Origin: Octopus vulgaris
Lineage: Eukaryota
DNA: 64,000 nt
Direction: 5' to 3'
NCBI GenBank assembly: GCA_951406725.2
Contig: OX597817.1
Span: 93,930,001-93,994,000 of the forward strand
Positions within the stretch are counted from its first letter, which is position 1; each line of letters starts with the position of its first letter. Both the position numbers and the translations under genes were made by a program. Positions 54,385 through 64,000 of the stretch are shown here, one piece after another. The notes under the pieces were generated by a model. It saw only the letters and a program-made list of their open reading frames with translations, was not told the origin of the DNA and ran no database searches.

Positions 54385-54530
54385 CTGTCCTTCCCACACC
54401 GGCTTGACAATCAGTATTGGTTTCTTTACGTCCCAGTAACAAAGCGGTTCAGCAAAAGAGGTCCATAGAATGAGTACCAGACTTCAAAAGACAAGTACTG
54501 AGATAGGTTTCAAGGCGGTGCTCCAGTACA
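54385..54530 (+). mobile_element. SINE 3' portion
   Basis: GCGGTTCAGCAAAAGAG..ATAGAATGAGTACCAGACTT..AAGGCGGTGCTCCAG matches 34760-34860. Confidence 0.7.
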
Positions 54531-54546
54531 CAGACACACAGACACG

Positions 54547-54618
<72 letters not shown>

Positions 54619-55231
54619 TACACACATATGTATGTAGACACATATAAAAGTGAATGTAGGTTATTCAATCATTAGTTATCAACCTTTATTCAAAGATAGT
54701 TATAACACTACCCGTTGTGTTACTTCTGTTTTAAAAACATAGCATGTGACATGAGGGAAATTTGTCCACTCTATCTAGCAAATCGAGTGACCACGTTGGG
54801 GTTCTTTTATTAGCATACTGTACAAGTTAACAATTCTGCTATATATTCGGCCAGTTTCGACCCCGGTCTATCATTGTCAGTGGTGAAACAATGTTTCAAT
54901 TGTTTTTTCGTCCACTGAGAAACATTCGAAACATTGTCATTAGCCAAAATGATCCTCACAGAAAATGTGCAAAATGGTTTGAAAACAAATATCGAGCCTA
55001 TATATATGAGAACTGTTTTGATATATATTTTACCTATATTGTACTTCTGTAAACATATCTTCTTCAAATTTCCACACATTTTCCCAGAAATTGTTGTGTA
55101 TGTATGTATGTATGTATGTATGTATGTATGTATGTATGCATGCATGCGTAGTGGCGTGTGTCTCTCTCAACACACACATGCATAAATAGAAAGGTAGATA
55201 GGTAGATAGATTTAGATATTCATAAAAGTGG

Positions 55232-55311
<80 letters not shown>

Positions 55312-56418
55312 GTATATATGTAGTTTCAAATCGGCTTCATTCGCCCGTAATAGGATTGTATCTGTGTTGCATTCAAATTATACACGTTCGATATTTTTGT
55401 ATATGAAGATGTATATTGATACTCTGATTATAAAATTTTTCTCATTAATCCAGACAAAAAAGTTGTTGCATTTCTTTGTTAGTGTTTTGCTTCCTTTGTT
55501 TGTGCTATACGTGTATGTGTACGTATGTGTTTATCTTTCTTGGAATAAGCAAACTTCTCCCGTATACACGCGCGCGCGCACACATGCATGTATATGTATA
55601 TCTATATAATTTCAGTGGCAAATTGACAAATTCATAAGAGCACCGGACAAAATTCTTTACGATATATATTTCACCTCGTTACGCTCACATCTCAACTTAA
55701 ACTTTTCTCTTTCCGGAGGTGATAAAGTTAGATCACCGGGTGGAATGCTTTGTGGTATTTCTTCCGGCTCTTTGTGTTATGAATTCTAATCCTGCTGTAC
55801 CATACATACACAGTAGACACACCACCTGGCACTTTGGGCACCGTTGGTGAAGCTCACCATGTGCAGGTATTCAGGCCATATTTACAGTTTGAGTAGGCCA
55901 TCCTCCCTCCTTCCCGCCTGTTTTGAAAGCTCTGTTAAGCGTCATGGATGCAGTCTTTCTTTCTGTTTATTGCAGTTGTGTGTATCTGCATGTCTCCACG
56001 CCCGTCTGTATGTATTATGCATTATGCATTATGTATTCTATGTATTTCCACATACTTATCATTCACATGTATAAACATTTATATATATATATGTTCATGG
56101 CGATATATATATATGGCTCGATTGTTGGGAGTTCTGATAGGATTCCTTGAGGCATCAGTTGCGTTTTTGTGTCCAGACGACAACCTCTGACACAAAGCTA
56201 TTTTGACTAATATCCTTTTTATGGACAACATCGGTGGGATAGAGTGATGAGGCTTACAGCCATGGGTAATTGTGGGGTTCTTTTAATCCTCGCCCGGACC
56301 TGCTCCTTGTGAAGAACTTTCAAGGTGCAGACATATTTTGTCTATTACGGATGGAAAATCCACTGATATACATAAATATACATATACATACCTAAATATA
56401 TGTATACATCCACAAACA

Positions 56419-56496
<78 letters not shown>

Positions 56497-56670
56497 CACA
56501 CACGCACACATATATATATATATATATACACACACACATTATGTATTTATGCATTTGTAAACTAGCTGGGATACTCTGTATTATTCGGAAAAGTCTGAGA
56601 TGGTGACCAATTTCCTATAAAAAGCCACGCTGAATCTTTTCTCTGTATACAACGTTTATGTTCTTTGTCA

Positions 56671-56760
56671 GGTCTGCAAAAGTTCAACCACTCCTCCACG
56701 GGGTGCAGACTGGGCAACGCGAGCACAGCAAGCCAGCTGTGCTAGCGGCAAACGGGGCTC
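56671..56760 (+). ncRNA. HDV-like self-cleaving ribozyme (predicted)
   Basis: P1 GGTCTGC/GCAGACT, TCCTC loop, TGGGCAAC junction, P4 AGCACAGC/GCTGTGCT, J4/2 GGCAAA, P2' CGGGGCT. Starts exactly at the element's 5' end. Confidence 0.7.
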
Positions 56761-57278
56761 TGACAGTCATCAAGTTCTCAACGGTGGAACTGGCGCATGA
56801 AGTTGCCTTAACAACTCAACGGCTGTGAAGGCGGACGAAGGCTGCAGCAGACCATCGATTCCAATCGTCTCGGTTTACCTTGCCATTGGGTCAAGTTGGT
56901 GGTCTGTCAAGTTTACGTGTGATTTACTGGGCGTGCGACCTCAAGCACACGTTAAAAATTTCACGCACAGGCGTCTTCGCCACCACTCTTCTTCTTTCCA
57001 AGTCTTTCGGCGATCGGCGATGGATGACGGGAGCAGGCTCGTGAAAGCTGGAGGCTCCTAGTGCAGAACCGGCACGGATGCGGTGGTTACATGATTCAGT
57101 CGCTCTATCTTTCGGAAGAAGCAGGGAAGATGTTCGGCAGCAGTATCCACGACTGAGCAGCCCTGTTTAGGATCCACTCTGCTCACCCTGAATTGGGAAG
57201 GGGCTAGAAAAGGTGCCCTAAACATAGTCTGCTTCACCCCAATCCTGTCTGGAAAACCGCGTCCAGAGGGATCCCCAT

Positions 57279-60200
57279 CATGCGGTCGAAAATCAAGATC
57301 AAGACACGCAACGCTGAAATTCGGGACCTGGAATGTCAGGACTCTCATAGATAACACCAACTCAGACAGACCCGAAAGGCGAACTGCAATCATCGCCCGG
57401 GAACTCCATCGATTCAATTTTGACATCGTAGCTCTCAGTGAAACCCGGAGAGCCGGAGAAGGCCGGCTGAGAGAAGAAGGCGGTCAATACACCTTTTTTG
57501 GAAAGGTTACGATCCCGACCATCAACGGATCCATGGTGTGGGTTTTGCAATACGAAACACCATCCTATCCAAACTGACAGAGCAGCCCATCGGAATGTCC
57601 GCACGACTCATGACCCTCCGAATCCAGCTTGTCAAAAGTCAGCACGCAACTATCATCAGCGCGTATGCTTCCACCCTTGACGCGGAGGATTTAGTCAAGG
57701 AAGAGTTTTACAGCCAGCTTGATAGCATTCTCTCTACCGTCCCAAAGGCCGACAAGATCATTCTCCTGGGAGATTTCAACGCCAGAGTTGGGAGAGATCG
57801 TGAACTCTGGACAGGAACCATCGGAAAGGAAGGAGTGGGAAAAGTCAATGCCAATGGAACTCTGCTACTCACCAAATGTGCTGAACATAACCTGGTGATA
57901 ACCAACACCCTTTTTCGCCAGAAGAATCGATATAAGGTCTCATGGCAGCATCCAAGATCTAAAAAATGGCATCTCATCGACTATATCATCGTGAGATTCC
58001 GAGGCCAGCAAAATGTGTTGCTCACCAGAGCCGCCACTGGAGCAGATGAGTGCTGGACAGATCATCGCCTCATCGCCTCCTCCATGAAAATCAAACTCTG
58101 ACCAAAAGTGAAATATCACAGCAAGGAAAGCAGAGTAAAGAAATTCAACATCGAAGCACTGCAAGACCCAAAAACTCGTGTCGCTTTCCAGCAGCGCCTA
58201 CAGGTCAATCTTCAAAAAAAGACTGCAAATCATCTCGTCGAAGAAAATTGGAACCAGCTGAAAGAAACCAGCATCACCACTTGCGAAGAAACCATCGGTC
58301 GCAAGAAAAGGAAACACCAGGACTGGTTCGACGACAATGATGAAGCTCTCAAAGAACTGATCGACCAAAAACGGAAAGCTTTCATCAGCTCACAGAATGA
58401 TCCAAAGTCTGTCACTAAACGAGAGTCTTTCAAAAAGTGCAAAGCCGCAGTTCAAAGGACAACCCGTAGCCTGAAGAACCAGTGGTGGAGACACAAATCT
58501 CGTGAAATCCAGCAGCTAGCAGATGTAAACGACACCAGAGGGTTCTTCAAAGCCACGAGAGAAATATACGGACCTTCCACACATGGACAGGCTCCTCTGA
58601 AGAGTAAAGACGGAGCGACCATCCTGAAAAGCAATACCTAAATAGGAGACAGATGGAGAGAACACTTTGATGACCTCCTCAATCACAAGGCTACCATCGA
58701 CAAAAGCATACTTGACATGTTTCCTAAAGAGGCCAAATATTACTCTCTCGCTCGAATTCCATCCCTCGAAGAGGTCAAAATTGCTATCACAACGATGAAG
58801 AACAACAAAGCCGCGGGTCCTGACAGAATCCCAGCTGAGTTCTACAAACTGGGAGGTGATTTTGTCCAACACCAGCCCCACCAACTCTTGGTCAAAATCT
58901 GGACAAATGAAGTTGTACCATCCGACTTCAGGGATGCTAACATCATTACCATTTACAAACGAAAGGGAGATCGTTCTGAGTGTGGAAATTACGGGGTATT
59001 TCTTTATTAGCAACTGCTGGGAAGATTCTTGCACGCATCCTGAACAACTGCCTCAAAACGCTGTCAGAGAGGATCCTTCCTGAGACGCAGACCGGCTTTA
59101 GGCCATCACGAAGCACAACCGACATGATCTTCACGCTGCGACAGCTACAAGAAAAATGTCGTGAGCAACACCAACCGCTCTATTTGGCCTTTATCGACCT
59201 ATCCAAAGCCTTTGATCGTGTCTCGCGAGAGCTCCTCTGGGATATTCTCGCCCAGTATGGATGCCCAGATAACTTCATCCGGATCCTCAAACTCCTCCAC
59301 GACAATATGCACGCCAGAGTCCAGACCGACGGAGTGAAGCAAGGCTGCGTGATAGCGCCAACTCTCTTTACCATCTTTATCGCGACAGTGTTGCACATCA
59401 TACGAGATGACCTTCCACCTGGCATCGAGATCTCGTACAGAATGGACGGCAAGCTTTTCAACCTCGCTCGCCTCAAAAGTACGTCAAAGACAATAGCGCG
59501 AAGCTTGCTAGACTTCCAATATGCCGACGACAACAGTGTAGCAGCTCACAGAGAGTATCACCTCCAACAGATCCTAAATGCTTTTCATCATGCATATACT
59601 AAACTTGGACTGAGCATCAACATCAAGAAGACTCACTTACTCTACCAACCTCCTCCCAATGCCCGTGTTGACGACCCGCCATCGATTCAACTCGAAGGAA
59701 TTCCACTGGAAAATGTGAACCATTTCTGCTACCTTGGGAGCCATCTGTCAGCAATGGTAGACCTCAGCGATGAAATCCAACACCGTCTGAAGTGTGCAGG
59801 AACAGCTTTCGGCAAGCTTCGAACAAGAGTTTTTGCTGATCGGGACATCCGAACCGAAACCAAACTCATGGTGTACAGGGCAGTCATTATTCCAACCCTC
59901 CTTTACGCATCCGAAACCTGGACCCCGTATAGTCACCACCTGAAAACGCTCGAGAAATTTCACCAACGCTGTCTTCGGAAGTCCTTAACATCAGCTGGGA
60001 AGACAGAAGAACTAACGTCAGCGTGCTACATAAGCAAAAATGACCAGCATCGAAGCCTATGTCATCAAAGGCCAACTAAGATGGAGCGGCCACGTGGTTA
60101 TAATGACTGACGAACGACTTCCCAAACAGATCTTCTACTCCCAACTCAAAGACGGCAAGCGTACAAAAGGAGGCCAGAAGAAACGCTACAAGGACTCCCT

Positions 60201-60468
60201 GAAAACGAACCTCAAAAAGTGTGACATCGACTTCACTAACTGGGAGGAAACGGCAAAAACCAGACCACTCTGGAAAACCACCATCCATGAGGGAACGGCG
60301 ACTTTCGAGTCGAAAAGGTCTGCAGAGCTGGAGGAGAAAAGACGACGACGGAAGGAGCGCCAACAACAACCACGTGCGACTCTCCCTTCTGGCACTAGAT
60401 GTCCGCACTGCGACCGATCTTTTCAAGCAAGAATTGGTCTTATCGGTCACCTACGGACTCACCAGTAA
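57279..60468 (+). pseudogene. RTE ORF: APE endonuclease + reverse transcriptase + one C-terminal C2H2-like finger; disrupted
   Basis: GTWNVRT, ALSETR, LGDFNARVG, HLIDY, TDH; FIDLSKAFD, GVKQGC, QYADD, YLGS; CPHC..GHLRTH. Stops at 58101 and 58641 plus frameshifts. Confidence 0.92.
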
Positions 60469-60588
60469 ATTTGCGTGAAGACTATCATCCTCGACCTTGA
60501 AGGATTGCCATCATCATCATGTTCTTTGTCACAATTACACGATTCAAGAATGTACGTTACCTCTAACAAAGCATATACTAATTATGTT

Positions 60589-61200
60589 GGATCTAGGACA
60601 ATTCGCCGTAAGGAACTTCGTCGTAGGACAATTGGCCATAGGGCTATTCGCCGTAAGAGAATTCGCCGTACGATATTTCGCCGCAAGGACATTTTGTAGT
60701 GAACCATAAGAAGAGAAGGATAAAAAATAAAAATAATGAAGGTTATACACTTTATTTAAAAATAATGAATGTCATACATTTTATTTAAAAATAATGAAGG
60801 CTATACACTTTATCCAAAATTTAAGCTAAAAAAAGTAAAAAGCTAAAAATAATATGAAGTTCATTGAAATTCCACGAAAATAACGCTTCTTTTATTTTGA
60901 TCGTAACCTTTGACAATGCTTAGCATGCGCTTATAAACATCTTTGTATATTTTTCTTGGTTGCGGTTTCTCCTCTTGCTGCATCGTTTATCTTCTTTTTA
61001 GAAAGAATTTCTTTATTTTTCAAGACATTGATAAGTTTCCATAAATTTGGATGAATATTTGTAATAGATTATGGAAACCCTCTACTCCATTGTTGACTTA
61101 GGGCTCTTTCATACATATTCCAAAGACTGATAGAAAAGTAGGAGGAGCTCTACGTCTACGAGCTCCCCAATGTAATGCGTTTCAAAATATGCCAAAAAAC
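60589..61200 (-). mobile_element. Mutator-like (MULE) transposon end: repeat-structured TIR plus transposase C-terminus remnant
   Basis: Six 15-bp units (GGACAATTCGCCGTA type, 60596-60685). Minus peptide YFETHYIG..PPT..LWNMY..NNGVEGFHN..HPNLWKLI. Confidence 0.7.
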
Positions 61201-61612
61201 TTCCAATAGACATTGCCTCCATATTTTCTTTCTTGCCTATAAATGAAGTTAGAGTCGACTACGAGCTTATCACGGGTTTAATAGTGTACACGACACAAAA
61301 TAATAGTGTATTTAGGTATTTAGTATATGTACATAGTTTATTATCTTCTCTTCTTCCTAGCTCTCCTTTCTGACCACTTCTGTCCGGCATTCGCCAAGAT
61401 TGATCGCTAGACACAACCTTTTTTTATAATTATCTCTGTCTGCTTATTTCTGTGTTTCTTTCTGTTGAAGAACGTAGGCTCGAAACGAAAAAGACTTGTA
61501 AACTGTATTAAACGATTCAAATGGTACTGCATAAGGAGTGGGCCCATGCAGCCATTTCATTTTCATTATATAGTATCTTCATTTTCATTCGTTTTATGTT
61601 TTTTGTCCCCAC

Positions 61613-61872
61613 TGTAATGTTCTGCCTGTCCTTGTCGTGTCCCCTTTGTGTTATGGCTGTAGTACCAAATAAAGGAAAGAGTTCGTGCTAGTTCCACAGT
61701 TCGTGTGTTGATAGTTCAAAGTCGGAGTTCAAAATTCACAGTTCGAGTTAGCGCGTTGGGTTCTTGGTTCTTAACAGATTGTTGTTACGTTATGTGTGGT
61801 TATTGCTGTTTGTTTCGATTATATTATTATTATACTGTTGCAGTGTATTTGCTTATCCATAAGGATATAACA
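61613..61872 (+). repeat. 5' LTR of a Gypsy element
   Basis: TGTAA..TAACA with an internal AATAAA, immediately followed by the PBS. Confidence 0.65.
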
Positions 61873-61874
61873 TC

Positions 61875-61887
61875 TGGCGACGAGGAT
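61875..61887 (+). promoter_or_regulatory. Primer-binding site, probably tRNA-Ser(GCU)
   Basis: TGGCGACGAGGAT is complementary to the ..AUCCUCGUCGCCA 3' end of metazoan tRNA-Ser(GCU) (from recalled sequence). Confidence 0.7.
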
Positions 61888-64000
61888 CGTTCGAAACTCA
61901 CATTGGTTATTTGACAATTTCTGCGTCATGGAAAATCTATTAGCCGCAGTAGTACCGCTTCAAGAGAAGCAACTACAGGAGTTGCATAAACAAATACTAC
62001 AAGAACAACAATTAACTGAGTTACAGTCGACGAAGTCCGAAAATCTAGGCAGCCCGTTTACGCCAAACGGCCTGGCTAACGCAATCTGAATTTACGTATA
62101 ACCCAGAGGAGAGTATTATATTTCCCGCGTAATATAGAAGATACGAGAAAATTTTTAACAACGAGTGCAAGAGTGGAGGTCATGATTGAAAGAGCAGAAA
62201 GTAAAGCTTTTACTACACAAGGTTGCTCCTGCCGAACATGAACGCTATTGTAAGTTTATTCTGCCCCCAAAATCGAGTGAGATTGTTTTCCAAGAAATCA
62301 TGGAATTACTTTCAAAAGTTTTTTTGATAGAATCAACACCAGAATGAAGTGTTGTGACTTAATAAAAATTGAGGAGGAAGATTTTATTACCTACACCGGA
62401 ATAGTCAACCGTATGTGCGAAAATTTCAAACACCATGATCTTACCCAGGATATCTTCAAGTTACTTACCTTCGTGCAAGAACTTACAGCACCTGAAGATA
62501 GAGAAGTTCGGGCAAGGATTCTCTCGAAAATGGAAAAGCGAACCAGGATTTATCTCTACAGACCATCGCAGAAGAATGTCAGACTATGATAAATCCTAAA
62601 CAAGATGTGAAAAAAATAAAGGATTCAAATGTGTTGTCCCGGGAAGCACAATAAAAAAACGTGTCAGGCCCTAATCTGTGTTATGGTTGTAGAGGCCAAC
62701 TCTGCAAAAAGGATTGTCCGTTTAAAAGAAAAAAGTTCTATAGCTATTAGAAGCTGGGGCAACGAGGCTCAAACACAAAAAGTTCTAAGGTGTTTTCAGT
62801 GGAGAGTGCTTGCGACGGAAAAGCAAGAAAATTTGTGCACGTTAAAATAAATGATGTGACTACCAAATTACAGTTACACACAGGTAGTAACATCTCGAAT
62901 ATAAATGCAGATACTTAGAAAAAATTGGTAAACCGAGATTACGTAAAACAGCGAAAATAGCGCGTGGTGTAACAGGTGATAAATTACATTTCATGGGCAA
63001 AACATGTATCGACGTCACATTTCGAGGAGAGACACGCTAAGCAAAATTATTCGTTCTGGATAATACAATCAATCTCTTTAGTACAGATTGTTAGAACTAT
63101 TCGACTTATGGCACCTCCATTTTTACTGCGATAACATAAATGGTTGTCGCGTTAAAAACAAATGTCGGAAGCCTATTTACAGATAAAAGTAAATGAAAAA
63201 TGCTCAAAGTATTTGACAATAAATACACACAGAAGATTGTACAGATACACACGATTACTTCTTGGATTAAAAGTGGCCCCAGCAGTATTCCAGCAAATTA
63301 TGTATACTGGGTTATCTGATTGTGAATTTGCAGTCCCGTACTTGGACGATATTTTGATCAAGAGTAATTCTCGTGAACATCATGTGGAACACATAAAAGC
63401 TGTGTTTAAGAAAATTAAAGTTTTTGGGTTTTGAGTGGAGAAAAATACCAATTCTTTCTACCCTAAATTAAGTACTTTAGGAAAATAATTGATAAAATTG
63501 GTTGACGTACTGACTCGTCGGGAGCAGGCGCAATAAGGAATATGCCTGCACCGGCAAATATTCCAACTTTACAAGCGTTTCTTGGGTTGGCAAACTATTA
63601 TCAAAGCTACATTCCTAATATGCACAAGTTAAGAGCTCCATTGAACGACTCATTAAAAAAAGAAGTAAAGTGGAATTGATTCACTTTTGAAGAAATAAAA
63701 ATAAATCCTAAACTCAGACTTCTCGTTAACACATTACGATCCCGAAATAAAACATCATTGTAGCGTCCGATGCTTCCGAGCACAGATTAGGTGTAGTTTT
63801 AATTCATAAATACGAAGACGGAAGTACAAAACCAGTGGTTTATGTTTCGCGCACGCTAATAGCGGCAGAGAAAATATATAGTCAAATTGAAAATAAGGCC
63901 ATTGTAATTATTTTTGCAGTTAAAAAATTTCACAGGTTTCTGCATGGCAGAAGTTATTTTTATTGCAAACAGACCATAGACCTTTGCTTCGATTTATGTG

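Larger units (their letters stand above)
56671..60520 (+). mobile_element. Full-length RTE-clade LINE with 13-bp TSD
   Basis: ATGTTCTTTGTCA at 56658-56670 and 60519-60531, (CAT)n tail, single APE-RT ORF. Confidence 0.95.
61613..64000 (+). mobile_element. Ty3/Gypsy LTR retrotransposon (Mag/K02A2.6-like), decayed, runs off the window
   Basis: gag EFTYNPEE..YRRYE; protease LQL(H)TGS; RT EAYLQI..INTH..APAVFQQIM..YLDDILI; RNase H ASDAS..YSQIE. Confidence 0.9.

Noticed and set aside
60596-60685. 15-bp periodic array resembling a mini-CRISPR
   Set aside because: Units are contiguous with no unique spacers, the context is eukaryotic, and it adjoins MULE transposase remnants, so it is a structured TIR.

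Overview
Eukaryotic, AT-rich, microsatellite-dense DNA with no supportable host gene. The repeat content (CORE-type tRNA SINEs, RTE, Penelope, mariner) suggests a cephalopod genome, probably Octopus; this is inference. Almost all long ORF calls are microsatellite artefacts. The recognisable content is transposable elements: several Tc1/mariner copies, Penelope remnants with hammerhead-like motifs, an R4/Dong fragment, a full-length RTE LINE (13-bp TSD, HDV-like ribozyme fold exactly at its 5' end), a MULE end, a Gypsy element, SINEs, MITEs and non-autonomous Helitrons. The most striking structure is at 40288-48196. It is a head-to-tail array of two ORF1(gag)-only retroelements and one ORF1+ORF2 Tx1/L1-type LINE. 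All three end in the same ~45-nt 3' tail, which a local SINE also carries. They are joined by the motif TCATTGCAGTCT, which resembles the array's own flanking target duplication (CAATTGCAG/CAATTCCAG), and the array lies between Helitron termini. It is a candidate self-targeting, HeT-A/TART-like retroelement consortium.
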